Shown here piece by piece: positions 38,733 through 49,626 of a stretch of DNA of 64,000 nt. The notes under the pieces are model-generated. The model ran no database searches and had not been told where the DNA came from. It saw only the letters and a program-made list of their open reading frames with translations. Source of the stretch: an uncultured cyanobacterium (GTDB lineage Bacteria; Cyanobacteriota; Cyanobacteriia; Cyanobacteriales; Nostocaceae). The translations under genes were made by a program, and so were the position numbers. Position 1 is the stretch's first letter. The number at the start of each line of letters is the position of its first letter. The stretch spans positions 4,672,001 through 4,736,000 of the forward strand of contig OY970166.1 of assembly GCA_963706595.1 (NCBI GenBank), read 5' to 3'.

Positions 38733-39805
38733 GTCAGTTCAATTTGACAATCATCACCTATCAAAAAACGTAAAGCTTTAGGAAGACGAGGAGCAACAGT
38801 CAATTGTGCGCGTTGTCCAATCACACTATCAATAATACGCTGATTAATTCCCACAATTTTTGCACCTTCTAAAACTACGCTGTGTTCTAAATCGGTATCA
38901 ATGAGCTTTGTATGATTCGCAATGCTAGTGTAAGGACCAATGAAGCAGTTTTCTAAATAACAATCATTGCCAATCACAACTGGACCGCGAATTGTACAAT
39001 TAATAATTTGGGAATTAGTACCAATTTCCACTCGCCCAATAATCTGACTATTACTATCAACTTCGCCTAAATTTGACGTTTTCAAACAAGTATCAAGAAT
39101 CAACCGATTAGCTTCTAGTAAATCATCTTTTTTACCAGTGTCTAGCCACCAACCATCAAGTTTACAAGCTACAACTTGTTTTTGCTGGTTGATTAAACAT
39201 TGAATAGCATCGGTAATTTCTAACTCCCCTCTTTTTGAAGGTTGGATACAAGAAATGGCATCATGAATAATCGGGGAAAAGAAATAAACCCCTACTAATG
39301 CTAAATTTGATGGGGGAACTTTGGGTTTTTCAATTAATTCTAATACTCGCCCTGTTTCGTCTACCTTAGCAACACCAAAAGCGCTAGGATTCACAACTTC
39401 ACGTAGTAGAATTAAGGCATCTGGTTGTTGTTCAGTAAATTCTTGGAGAAAATAACTTAAGTCACCTTGTTGAATTAGATTATCACCCAAGTACATAACA
39501 AAGGGCGAATCTGCTAAAAAGGAACGGGCGACTGTCACCGCATGAGCTAATCCGGCTGGCTCGTCTTGTGTAATATAGGTGATGTTAGCGCCAAAAACTT
39601 TGCCATCTCCGGTTTTACTTTGGACTTCTGCTCCGGTTTCGGGGCTAATAATAATCCCAATATCGGTAATTCCAGCCGCAACCATCTCTTCAATTCCATA
39701 CCACAAAATTGGTTTATTGGCAACGGGGACGAGTTGTTTTGCGCCTGTATAAGTGAGTGGGCGTAGACGTGTACCTTTACCGCCGGATAGAATCAGTGCT
39801 TTCAT
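38729..39805 (-). CDS. rfbA: Glucose-1-phosphate thymidylyltransferase (long form)
   Basis: MKALILSGGKGTRLRPLT...KQLVPVANKP; start set to ATG 39805. Confidence 0.93.
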   Translation of the reverse strand: MKALILSGGKGTRLRPLTYTGAKQLVPVANKPILWYGIEEMVAAGITDIGIIISPETGAEVQSKTGDGKVFGANITYITQDEPAGLAHAVTVARSFLADSPFVMYLGDNLIQQGDLSYFLQEFTEQQPDALILLREVVNPSAFGVAKVDETGRVLELIEKPKVPPSNLALVGVYFFSPIIHDAISCIQPSKRGELEITDAIQCLINQQKQVVACKLDGWWLDTGKKDDLLEANRLILDTCLKTSNLGEVDSNSQIIGRVEIGTNSQIINCTIRGPVVIGNDCYLENCFIGPYTSIANHTKLIDTDLEHSVVLEGAKIVGINQRIIDSVIGQRAQLTVAPRLPKALRFLIGDDCQIELT

Positions 39806-39807
39806 AA

Positions 39808-40692
39808 TTATGATTTGGAGAGCCAGTTTTTGAGCATTAGCCTCAGTCTTTGTCGCCAATGGGGGGGGTAAGTTCCTAGAACTTTTGATATTTTCCCACA
39901 AGCTAGGACAGGATAAGCAGGGCGACGGGCTAAGGTGGGATATTCGGCGGTGGTGATGGGGATAACTTTGGGTGGTGTGAGGGGAAAACCAAGTTGTTGG
40001 GCTTCTTCAAAAATCGCCACTGCAAAGTCGTACCAGCTAATCACGCCACTATTGGTATAGTGGTAAATGCCAGCTATTTCTGGTGTTAACTGGGGTATAA
40101 TGTGGGCGATCGCATCAGCAATATCTTGCGCCCAAGTGGGACTACCAATTTGATCTGTAACTACACCAATTTCTGAGCGTTCTTTACCTAGTCGCAGCAT
40201 GGTTTTGACAAAGTTACCTTTTCCATAGGTTCCGTAAACCCAAGCTGTGCGAAGAATAATATGATGGGAATGAGTTTGCTCAATTGCTATTTCTCCGGCT
40301 CGTTTGGTTTTACCGTAAATACCTAACGGGTTAGTTGCATCAGTTTCTTGGTATGGGTGGGTTTGCTGTCCATCAAATACGTAATCTGTGGAAAAGTGAA
40401 TGAGGAAACAGCCGAGTTTTTGGCTTTCTTCAGCGATAATTTGCGGGGCTGTAGTATTAATGGCGGTAGCTAGTTCGGGTTCGGTTTCGGCTTTGTCTAC
40501 AGCAGTATAAGCAGCAGCATTAATGATTATTTGTGGTTGGATGTCTCTGATGATTTGACGCAGGTTATGGGGTTGAGTCAGGTCAATTTTAGGGCGCGCC
40601 AGTGGGATAATTTTATGTTTGGGCGAAAGGATTTTTTCGAGTTCTTGTCCTACTTGACCGTTACTACCCAGTAGTAAGATTGATTCATTCAT
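39808..40692 (-). CDS. rfbD: dTDP-4-dehydrorhamnose reductase
   Basis: GSNGQVG, AAYTAVDKAE, STDYVFDG and YGKTK. Confidence 0.95.
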   Translation of the reverse strand: MNESILLLGSNGQVGQELEKILSPKHKIIPLARPKIDLTQPHNLRQIIRDIQPQIIINAAAYTAVDKAETEPELATAINTTAPQIIAEESQKLGCFLIHFSTDYVFDGQQTHPYQETDATNPLGIYGKTKRAGEIAIEQTHSHHIILRTAWVYGTYGKGNFVKTMLRLGKERSEIGVVTDQIGSPTWAQDIADAIAHIIPQLTPEIAGIYHYTNSGVISWYDFAVAIFEEAQQLGFPLTPPKVIPITTAEYPTLARRPAYPVLACGKISKVLGTYPPHWRQRLRLMLKNWLSKS

Positions 40693-41230
40693 ATACTTCT
40701 GCGGTTCTAAATGCTTGACCGTTGTTATCTTTATCTGATAAGATTGGCGGTTGTTTGATAGGCCAATTTATCGCTAAATCTGGATCATTCCAGAGAATGG
40801 TGCGATCGCCTTGAGGAGCATAATAATCTGTCGTTTTGTAAATAACTTCGGCTACTTCTGACAGCACGAGAAAACCGTGAGCAAAGCCTGGTGGTATCCA
40901 TAATTGGCGTTTATTTTCGGCGCTGAGTTCATAACCTACCCATTGTCCAAAGGTGGGCGAACTTTTTCTAATATCTACGGCTACGTCAAAGATTGTACCA
41001 ACAACAGCACGAACGAGTTTACCTTGGGGTTGGATAATTTGGTAGTGTAGTCCGCGTAAAACGTTTTGCTGAGAAGCCGAGTGGTTATCTTGAACGAAGT
41101 TGACGGTGATACCCAGTTTGTCTGTGAATTTTTGCTGGTTGTAAGATTCCAAGAAAAAACCGCGCTCATCTTGAAAAACTTGAGGATAAATGATTGATAT
41201 AGCGGGTATTTTTGTTGATATAATTTCCAT
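40685..41230 (-). CDS. rfbC: dTDP-4-dehydrorhamnose 3,5-epimerase
   Basis: DERGFFLE, QDNHS, LRGLHYQ and PPGFAHGF. Confidence 0.95.
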   Translation of the reverse strand: MEIISTKIPAISIIYPQVFQDERGFFLESYNQQKFTDKLGITVNFVQDNHSASQQNVLRGLHYQIIQPQGKLVRAVVGTIFDVAVDIRKSSPTFGQWVGYELSAENKRQLWIPPGFAHGFLVLSEVAEVIYKTTDYYAPQGDRTILWNDPDLAINWPIKQPPILSDKDNNGQAFRTAEVYE

Positions 41231-41268
41231 TGTTTCTTTTTAGTCAAAATATTTTTTATTGTTTTTTC

Positions 41269-42364
41269 TCATCTTTTAAATAATAACTTTGTTTTTGGGA
41301 TTTGCACATATTTAAGTTTTAAACAAGGTTTTTCTATTAAATAATAACTCAATAAGGCGGGTATGATAGTAAGCAGCATACTCAAAATAAAGTATATAGT
41401 AAATCCAGCTTTATTCAGACCATAAAATGCTAAACTTTGCTGAATAGGAAATGCATATATGTACATACCATAAGATAAATCTCCATATTTATCAAAATTA
41501 TTAAAATTAAAAGGTAACTCAAATGCTAACCAAAATAAAATATAAGGAAGAGTAAAAGGTGCAATTAAAGAATAAAAATTATTCTGAATTCCGATAATTA
41601 TTAATATAATTGAAAAGAAAAAAATTCTTTTATTTATAAGAATATTTTTTCGGTATACAAAATATATACACCCAGCCAAAAAATAGATTAAAAATTTTAG
41701 TAAATTTATATCTGCAAAATACGGTATAATTTTACTCGCTGTTCCGGGAATAACCGAATCTAAAATGAAAATTAACCAAAGAAAAAGAAATAGATTAAGT
41801 ATAAGATTTTTATAATTTGTTAAAATTCCTAGTACTCCTAGTATTGCTATTAGTAAGTAGCATTTTAATTCGTAAGTTAATGTCCATAATGAACCATTAA
41901 AAATTTTCGGAAAAGGAACATCACTGAGAATATTAGCAATGCCAAACTGTCTTATATCTAAGAAAAAGTTAGTTTTTAAGTAGTTCCAAGGGTTATCAGT
42001 AGTACTTTGAAAGTAACCAGTCATAGTACCTATTCTCAGACCAATAAATAATAGGTGCAAAAATTAATACGGTTACGACCAAGCAAATCCAAAATCCTGG
42101 AAAGATACGTAAAAATCTGTGCCACAAAAAACGCCATATTGAAGAAGATGTAGTATAGCTCCGGGTAATCAGAAAGCCGCTTAAAATAAAAAAGCTTTCA
42201 ACTGCAAGACTACCATAGCTCTCTTTGTTACTTCCCAATAGACTCTCTGAACCAAAACCACCTAGAGGATAGCAATGAGAGAATATGACTAAATTTGCCA
42301 GAAAAAATCTTAAGAAAGTCAAACTGTTCTTTCTAGGGTTAAAAGCATCATTTAAATACGTCAT
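41269..42364 (-). pseudogene. Acyltransferase-3 (OafA-like O-acetyltransferase), frameshifted near 42031
   Basis: The N-half (NSLTFLRF, FFILSGFLI, RFLRIFPG) and C-half (NGSLWTLTYE, GDLSYGMYIYAFP, SYYLIEKP) are in overlapping frames. Removing one base near 42031 joins them. Confidence 0.8.
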
Positions 42365-42513
42365 AACAACTCCTAATATATTAAAGATTTATGTAACAAA
42401 TGAAAAAACCCAATTTAAACGAAAATCTATGTGATTTCTTAACCAGTTTAGATTCAAATAACGAGACTATTGTTGTGAATAAGAGATTTATTCTTGATAA
42501 CTACTAAAATAAT

Positions 42514-45500
42514 TCATAATACGCTCACTCTATCCTCCATTACTTGCTTAAAAAATTCTAGATAAGTATCAGCTACTGTATCAGCAGCAAAGAGATTATT
42601 AAACACATAGGTAGTATTTCTTTTATGCAGGTTTAATAATTCTTCATTATTCATGTAAAGCAACATTGCCGCAATCAGTTGATCTTGATTAACTTCTCCT
42701 GAAGACTGAAGCGGTACAATTATTCCAGCATCTTTACCATGCAAAGAAATCATTTCTGCAATTGAACCTTTATCTGTGGCAATTGTGGGTTTACCGCAAG
42801 CCAAATATTCTATAATTGTTGATGGCAAGGATTCCGAAATAAAACGTGTTGGCAGTAATCCTACATCACAAAATGCCATGATTTCTGTAGGATATTGTAC
42901 TTCTTTTCTGAATTCTATCTCGGCAATATCTTGGTAGCTTAATTGCAAATCTTGAGCATAATCGCTGTATCCTATGAGGATCAGCTTTGCAGTTTTATGC
43001 TCACGTTTCTCTGGTGGTAATTGATTAATAAAGATAATTGATTTAATCGCCTCTTCCCAACCTTTCTCAGGAATAGCGCGGGAACAGAGACAGAAAATAA
43101 AATCTCCTGTTTGACGATGAACTATAGATGAGGATGGAATGTGAAGATCATCTTTACTCAAACCGTTAAATAGTTGCTTAATGTGTTTTGGTAGGGCAAT
43201 ATTCCGATTTTCAAAACATTTAATGTTGCGCTCGGTAGAATAGCAGATACCTGACGCAGACTGCATTAAAGGACGAATCAATTGTTTAAACTCAACATCC
43301 CAACTTGGATTTGCTAAAAGTCCCTCATAGCATCCATGCATTCGGATAAACCACGGAAGTTCTAGTTCTTGATTTAATTTATAAACAAAGCGATCTGCCC
43401 ACCAAACATGAGATAAAATAACATCAATCTGGTGCAGGCGTATCAAATCGCGGACTACCTGCAAACGTAATTCGCCTTCAGAAATTTGACTCAGATTGTT
43501 GAATGGTTGTTCTTGGCAATTTGACCAAGAGTTTGGCTCTAAAGAACCCTCAAGGAAGACTACATTTTTATCTACTAAACCGATAATGTCATAGCTATAT
43601 AAGTCAGGTCTGGCGTTACAGAGAAAAACTCGGTTGTTCTTGGCAAATTCATTAGCCAAGCGGATACCTGCAATTTGCCCACCACCAACTTCAGCATCAC
43701 CAATCACAACTAATATGTTCAGTCCAGTTGGTAGGGGAGAATATTTATGATGCAAGTTTTTTTGAATACGTTCTATGTTGGGTTGAAGATTTTCATTACT
43801 AGTAAATTTAGGTCTAGATACTCCTTTGCGAATTGCTAAATCATAATACTCATATATTGTTCTTCCCAAGCTTTCGGAGATCCGATTCAAAGATATTTTG
43901 GTTGTCTCATATATTTCTGCTTTAACTTCCAGGATTTCTTGTATACCTTTTTCCTGTGATTCTATTTTATTAGTGACAGTCTCTAAATGCCGACGGTGAA
44001 AATTCAGTGTCTCTGAGACAAATGCTATTTTTCCTTGATTTAATAAGCTGATATAAAAAAACCAATCACCTGTGAACCGAAATGAAGCCAGTTTTGCGGT
44101 AAAACTAGAAGACTTGGGTCTGCGAAACACAACGGCGCTAGCATTGGGAATGGTATTTTTTAAGCTGAGAATATCTTGGATTTCTGTGATTCCTTCATTA
44201 AAATATGATGTTTGCCATTTTTCGAGAGAAATATCGTTGGTGTAGAACAGATAATTTGGTGCGAACAATTGATTATGCTCACCCACAGGTGCTGACTGAG
44301 AGTAAGCCAGTACAATATCTGGATCAAAGAAAGTAGATACTAATTTTTCCAGAAATTTTGACTCACAATAATCATCAGCTTCAGCAATCCAAATTAAATC
44401 GCCACTACAAGCTTCTAGACCTTTGATCCACTGCTTAAATGGACTACCACTATTTTCTGTATTTTCAATAAACTTGAAATCAATATGCGATCTTTCAGCT
44501 ATTTTTCTGGCTTTCTCCAGACTGTCGTCTTGGGAAGCATCATCTAAAAAAATTATTTCATCTGGCTTGAGAGTTTGGCTTAAAATTGTTTGCAGCCGTT
44601 GCTCTATATATTTACTATAATTATAGTTCGGAACGATTACTGAAATTTTAAATTTCTGTGATGGGCAGTAATTAAAGTCACTTTTGAAGATGTTAACAAT
44701 TTGCTCAGAAAAACAATTCCACGTCAGAGATTTCTCAATTAAATTCTTGGCGTTTAATGATATTTTTTTTCGCCGTTCTTGATCGGAAATAAGAGCCAGA
44801 ATTTCTTGCACCATTGCATCGACGTTGAGATATTCGACAGATACTCCACACTCGTTAGGATAAATTTCTGTCGCACCACCGCCCCCTTCAAAGGCTATGA
44901 CTGGTAAACCACAACTCATAGCTTCTAGATTCACCAGTGGGAAGGGATCTTCTCTTGATGTCAATAAAAATATATCCGCGCCAGCAAAATAATTTGATGT
45001 ATCATTTCTTGGTCCTGCGATAATAATCTGCTTTTCCATACCCATAACTTTTGTGTCATGAAGTAACCAATTACGGAAGATATCATCGTAGGATTTACCA
45101 ATCCAGATAAACCAAATGTTAGTAACATTACCCGAATTTAGCACTCGTTTTGCCACCTGAACAAATATATCGCTTCCTTTACGCATATCAACTGTGCCAC
45201 AGCCTAAAATGATTAAGGCATCATTTGGTAAGCTAAACTCTTGCCTGAGTTTTTGTCTAGCATTTTCAGTATCAATGTGGGCAAAGTTTTTGGCGGGTGC
45301 AGCATAAACTGTTGAAAATAGCTGTTGATCTACGCCATAATATTTCGCAAGTGAAGATTTGACAAACTCAGAAACAACAATAGTTTTTCGGGAATGTTTG
45401 ATAATCTTTTCAAAACTTGGTTTGCCTTCTAAGTATGTTTCAATAGATGTTGGCAATTCGTGTAACCAAGCCAAAACAGGAATTTTGTTTTCATCACAAG

Positions 45501-47103
45501 CTTTATTGATGTGGGAGATGGCGGCTGTGTTACATATCGCAACGCTGCTGTGAGAGAATTGACGGAAACTAGAGAGAACATCTTGCAAAATCTGGTCTTT
45601 GTAAAGATTAGATTTTGCCAGTTTGCTTAAGTTTAAAGTGGGAGCATATTTAGCAAATTCTTCTTCCATTTCTTCGCCACGGTCTAGAAGCACCCAGCAA
45701 TCAAAATCCGGTTGATTTACTAATTCTTTCAACAGCATTAGTAAGCAAATTGGCGCGCCTGTGCGGGTGGCATCATGAGAGATTAATAATACTTTAAAGT
45801 GTTTAGAACCTTGAGGTTTATGTTTAGTTAGCTGTTGCCAAGGTAGTTCTAAAAAGTCGAATTTCGTTTGGTTTTGAGGTGGCGAAGATAAGAGGACTTC
45901 TAAAAAGCCATATTTACGCACTTTGGCTATTGCATAACCAATACCTCTGGTTTTTAAGATGGTTGATAAAAATTTTACTTTGATAATTAATTGCTTAAAA
46001 AAAAACTTGCTATTTTGTGACGGATTATCTTTATCTAGACCAAATAATCCTTTGATTTTAAACCATAGCTGTCGCATTTTCCAAAATTTGCTGGTTTCCA
46101 TTGCGGCGATAGTGATCTGCGATCGCTCAAATTCCGCCTGAGTTTGTTGTAGTTGAGACTGCGATCGCTCAAATTCCGCCTGAGTTTGTTGTAGTTGAGA
46201 CTGCGATCGCTCTAGTTCAGTCTGAGTCTGTTGTAGTTGAGACTGCGATCGCTCTAGTTCAGTCTGAGTCTGTTGTAGTTGAGACTGCGATCGCTCTAGT
46301 TCAGTCTGAGTCTCTTGCAGTTGCAATTGCGATCGCTGCGATGTTTCCAAAACTTTCTCATAATTCGTTTTGATTTCAAAATATTGTTCTTCCATAGTGC
46401 AAGGATTTGCCCTGATAATAAACTGTAATGTATCGGCATCTTTATCTTCTTGAATTTTTTTAATAGTATCTACATGAAATTCATCTCTATTATTTTGAGG
46501 TATCAAATCGCTCTTTATAAAACAATCTAATTTTGTACAATCTACAATTTTTGCTAAATAGCCAGTTTTTTCAAATAATTCTTTAACTGTTTTTCTCGTA
46601 AAAAACCTGAGATGAGTATTATCTAAAATACCCAAATCTGTATAATCAAATCGACCTTTGAGCAAAGATAAGCGAATTGCAGCATGAGCTATGTTCGGAA
46701 TAGAAGCAATTACATAGCCATCTTTTTTTAATATCTGCTTAGTTTCTAGCAAAACTTTGCTAGGGTTTCGCAGATGTTCTAAAACATCTCCAAATATTGC
46801 TATGTCGAACTCCTGAGCAGGTAATATTTTTAGAATAGAAACAAAATCTAAATCGGCAACTATTACCTCTTCACAGTGCTGTTGGGCAGCTTGGGCTGCA
46901 TCTGAGTTGATCTCAACTCCAGTAACAATACATCCTTTTTTCTTAAGTAACTGAGCTAAGTATCCAGTAGCGCACCCAAAATCTACTACGCGCTGATTAT
47001 TTTCTACTAGCTCAACTATTTTACTTAAACTATTGTTTTTATCTAGTGCTTCCTCTGTCAAGTATTCGGATGAGGGATAATCTTTTGACCAATCTTTATC
47101 CAT
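42514..47103 (-). CDS. Multidomain methyltransferase-coiled coil-GT4-GT2-GT4 polysaccharide synthase
   Basis: MT motifs DFGCATG, DVLEHL and THLRFFT; 14-aa repeats; GT4 SHDATRTGAP...SREDPFPLVNLEAM; GT2 VIVPNYN...DDASQD...AEADD; second GT4 GGGQIAG...ESLPSTIIEY. Confidence 0.88.
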   Translation of the reverse strand: MDKDWSKDYPSSEYLTEEALDKNNSLSKIVELVENNQRVVDFGCATGYLAQLLKKKGCIVTGVEINSDAAQAAQQHCEEVIVADLDFVSILKILPAQEFDIAIFGDVLEHLRNPSKVLLETKQILKKDGYVIASIPNIAHAAIRLSLLKGRFDYTDLGILDNTHLRFFTRKTVKELFEKTGYLAKIVDCTKLDCFIKSDLIPQNNRDEFHVDTIKKIQEDKDADTLQFIIRANPCTMEEQYFEIKTNYEKVLETSQRSQLQLQETQTELERSQSQLQQTQTELERSQSQLQQTQTELERSQSQLQQTQAEFERSQSQLQQTQAEFERSQITIAAMETSKFWKMRQLWFKIKGLFGLDKDNPSQNSKFFFKQLIIKVKFLSTILKTRGIGYAIAKVRKYGFLEVLLSSPPQNQTKFDFLELPWQQLTKHKPQGSKHFKVLLISHDATRTGAPICLLMLLKELVNQPDFDCWVLLDRGEEMEEEFAKYAPTLNLSKLAKSNLYKDQILQDVLSSFRQFSHSSVAICNTAAISHINKACDENKIPVLAWLHELPTSIETYLEGKPSFEKIIKHSRKTIVVSEFVKSSLAKYYGVDQQLFSTVYAAPAKNFAHIDTENARQKLRQEFSLPNDALIILGCGTVDMRKGSDIFVQVAKRVLNSGNVTNIWFIWIGKSYDDIFRNWLLHDTKVMGMEKQIIIAGPRNDTSNYFAGADIFLLTSREDPFPLVNLEAMSCGLPVIAFEGGGGATEIYPNECGVSVEYLNVDAMVQEILALISDQERRKKISLNAKNLIEKSLTWNCFSEQIVNIFKSDFNYCPSQKFKISVIVPNYNYSKYIEQRLQTILSQTLKPDEIIFLDDASQDDSLEKARKIAERSHIDFKFIENTENSGSPFKQWIKGLEACSGDLIWIAEADDYCESKFLEKLVSTFFDPDIVLAYSQSAPVGEHNQLFAPNYLFYTNDISLEKWQTSYFNEGITEIQDILSLKNTIPNASAVVFRRPKSSSFTAKLASFRFTGDWFFYISLLNQGKIAFVSETLNFHRRHLETVTNKIESQEKGIQEILEVKAEIYETTKISLNRISESLGRTIYEYYDLAIRKGVSRPKFTSNENLQPNIERIQKNLHHKYSPLPTGLNILVVIGDAEVGGGQIAGIRLANEFAKNNRVFLCNARPDLYSYDIIGLVDKNVVFLEGSLEPNSWSNCQEQPFNNLSQISEGELRLQVVRDLIRLHQIDVILSHVWWADRFVYKLNQELELPWFIRMHGCYEGLLANPSWDVEFKQLIRPLMQSASGICYSTERNIKCFENRNIALPKHIKQLFNGLSKDDLHIPSSSIVHRQTGDFIFCLCSRAIPEKGWEEAIKSIIFINQLPPEKREHKTAKLILIGYSDYAQDLQLSYQDIAEIEFRKEVQYPTEIMAFCDVGLLPTRFISESLPSTIIEYLACGKPTIATDKGSIAEMISLHGKDAGIIVPLQSSGEVNQDQLIAAMLLYMNNEELLNLHKRNTTYVFNNLFAADTVADTYLEFFKQVMEDRVSVL
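46119..46336. repeat. 42-bp coding tandem repeat, each unit containing HIP1
   Basis: GCGATCGC at 46119, 46161, 46203, 46245, 46287 and 46329; encodes ERSQSQLQQTQ(TEL/AEF). Confidence 0.95.
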
Positions 47104-47137
47104 ATTTATATATAGTTATAGAACTTTAATAAAGAAA

Positions 47138-48490
47138 TTATACTGAGATTTCTATTGTTGGTAAAACTGTTTTTTTTACATTGACCCTAATTGGCTGGTC
47201 AACTAAAGCATAAATATTTTTTCCTGTATTCGGAGGTAAAACTTGAAAGATAATTGCATTATCAATCCAATCGAAAGTAACATCTTCATAATTTTGCGAC
47301 CCCGCCACTGTCAAACTATAAGAGTTCGGTCTTAAAGGTAACTTAAAAACAAATTTAATTTCTAATTGCTCTCCTGATGCTAGACTATCTATCTGAATAT
47401 TTTCTTCAAAAGTGTTACTACCAATTATTTCGTTGCCATTTTTATCACAAATATAAAATCCAACAATGCAACTCGCAAGTGGTTCATAAGTTTTTAAATT
47501 AACAATTAATGTAACTTCTTCGTTGAATTCAAAAATAGGGCTTTCTCCGGGATTATCACCCAAGTGATTCAGAAGCTTTATTTGTTCAAATTTAGCCTTA
47601 CTGCTACCTCTACGTGTTGACTTACCAAAAGTTTTATTGGTAGATAAATTATCAGTAATTGCAGATGTAGTTATGGGTTTGTCTAAAGCCGTAGCCTCGC
47701 TATTTTGCTCCTTAATTGGAGTCTGTATTTCTAATGGTTCCCTTAAACCTAATTCCAAATCCGTAACTAATTTAAGATATTCAATTATGACTGCATTCGG
47801 CAAACCAGAAGCACGTAACTTGCCATCATGAATCATGACTGCGGAATTACACAAATTTTTGATTGCTCCGGAATCGTGAGAGACAAATAAAGTTGTTACC
47901 CCAGAATCCATTAAATCTCGCATCCGCCGCATACATCGATGCTGAAACACAACATCACCAACAGCCAATGCTTCATCCACAATTAAAATTTCTGGATTGA
48001 CATTTACTGCTACAGCAAATGCTAAACGAACAAACATACCGCTTGAGTATGTTTTAACAGGTTGCTCGATAAAGTCTCCTATATCTGCAAATCCGGCAAT
48101 TTCATCAAACTTTTCGGCAATTTCTTGTTGAGTTAACCCCAATAAGCGCCCATTAAAAAATACATTTTGTCGCCCTGTAAACTCTGGGTTAAAACCACTT
48201 CCTAGTTCTAATAAAGCAGAGACTCGACCTTTGACTTGTACTTCACCGCTTGTGGGGGTTAAGGTTCCAGCGATGATTTGCAAGAGCGTACTTTTACCAG
48301 AGCCATTGCGCCCAATAATTCCTACTGTTTGTCCTTTGGGAATTTCTAAATTAATATCGCGTAATGCCCAAAATTCATCAGAAATACTTTTACCGGGTAA
48401 TAAAATTTCTTTTAAACGGTCTACTGGACGAGCATAGCGCTTAAAGCACTTCGATACATTTTTGAGAGAAATTGCAATTTCTTCTCCCAT
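47138..48490 (-). CDS. wzt: Polysaccharide ABC exporter ATPase with C-terminal carbohydrate-binding domain
   Basis: GRNGSGKST, YSSGMFVRLAF and DEALAVGD, plus a ~200-aa C-terminal extension. Confidence 0.92.
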   Translation of the reverse strand: MGEEIAISLKNVSKCFKRYARPVDRLKEILLPGKSISDEFWALRDINLEIPKGQTVGIIGRNGSGKSTLLQIIAGTLTPTSGEVQVKGRVSALLELGSGFNPEFTGRQNVFFNGRLLGLTQQEIAEKFDEIAGFADIGDFIEQPVKTYSSGMFVRLAFAVAVNVNPEILIVDEALAVGDVVFQHRCMRRMRDLMDSGVTTLFVSHDSGAIKNLCNSAVMIHDGKLRASGLPNAVIIEYLKLVTDLELGLREPLEIQTPIKEQNSEATALDKPITTSAITDNLSTNKTFGKSTRRGSSKAKFEQIKLLNHLGDNPGESPIFEFNEEVTLIVNLKTYEPLASCIVGFYICDKNGNEIIGSNTFEENIQIDSLASGEQLEIKFVFKLPLRPNSYSLTVAGSQNYEDVTFDWIDNAIIFQVLPPNTGKNIYALVDQPIRVNVKKTVLPTIEISV

Positions 48491-48556
48491 ATTTTCAATC
48501 TCACTCCTCTAAACTCACACACAATTAGCAAAGTTAATATTTTATAGTATAGTCAT

Positions 48557-49402
48557 TTACAACACATCAGCAAAAGCCGGACGTAACCGCTTGTAGACTG
48601 CAAAGCCAAGGCAAAATATAACTAGTGCGATCGCACTCGCAACTCCCCATTCTCCCCAATGCTTCACCTCCCCTACTAAAATTAAATCACGATAAACCTC
48701 CGCGATCGCAGTCAACGGATTTAACCAAAATACCCAATTTCGCCATGCTTCGGGAATTGCTGAGGCAGGATAAATAATTGGTGTTAAATACATCCAAATA
48801 TTTAAAGTTACTCCCAGTGTCTGCGGAACATCACGTAAAAAAACCGTTAATCCCGCCGCCAAATAACCCAAACCAGCTGTTAATAATAATTGTGTTAACC
48901 AGACTAAGGGTAACAGTGCCAACGTAGGATGTAAAGTATGCGCTTGTACTGCCACAAATAAAATCAACGCCATTAAACCGAAAGAACTTTCAATGAACGT
49001 CGATAAAATTGGCACCAAGGGTAACAAAGCCAGGGGAAATACCACCTTCTTAACTAAATTCGGCTGGCCTACCACCGAACTAGCAGATTGCATTAGTCCA
49101 CCTGAAAAAGCAATCCAAGGGAGCAAACCAGCAAATAACCACAATCCAAAAGTGAAATTATTTTCTGGCAAACTTGTGAGAGTGAGCTTTACCCTTAAAA
49201 CAATGGAAAACACATAAGTATAAATCAGTAATTGTGAAAGCTGATTTACCAAAGGCCACAAATTTCCCAAAACAGAACCCTTATACCGCGCCTCTAAATC
49301 TCGCCGCACTAAAGTTCTCAATAAATCAAACTTAGCCCACAATTGCTGGTTTATTGGCAGTATTCGCCTCAGCTTTCCTACCTTACTTACAGCATTTTGC
49401 AT
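48557..49402 (-). CDS. wzm: Polysaccharide ABC exporter permease
   Basis: RDLEARYKGSVLG..W, LVKKVVFP, YLTPIIYP and LNPL; ATG at 49402. Confidence 0.92.
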   Translation of the reverse strand: MQNAVSKVGKLRRILPINQQLWAKFDLLRTLVRRDLEARYKGSVLGNLWPLVNQLSQLLIYTYVFSIVLRVKLTLTSLPENNFTFGLWLFAGLLPWIAFSGGLMQSASSVVGQPNLVKKVVFPLALLPLVPILSTFIESSFGLMALILFVAVQAHTLHPTLALLPLVWLTQLLLTAGLGYLAAGLTVFLRDVPQTLGVTLNIWMYLTPIIYPASAIPEAWRNWVFWLNPLTAIAEVYRDLILVGEVKHWGEWGVASAIALVIFCLGFAVYKRLRPAFADVL

Positions 49403-49626
49403 TATCCGTACCAATGCCTGTTTCCTCGCTCACTACTCACACTCACACTTAATTATCATCAATTAATCACAATATTATATGAAGATTTCTTCAATTTTTA
49501 TACGTGTATAAATAATAGCTATAACAAAGGATTGAGAAAATTAATAAACTATACACACATATACCTTTACTACAAAAAATACCTTCATCCAGATGATTTT
49601 GTTTGGATGAAGGTATTTTTTCTGAC

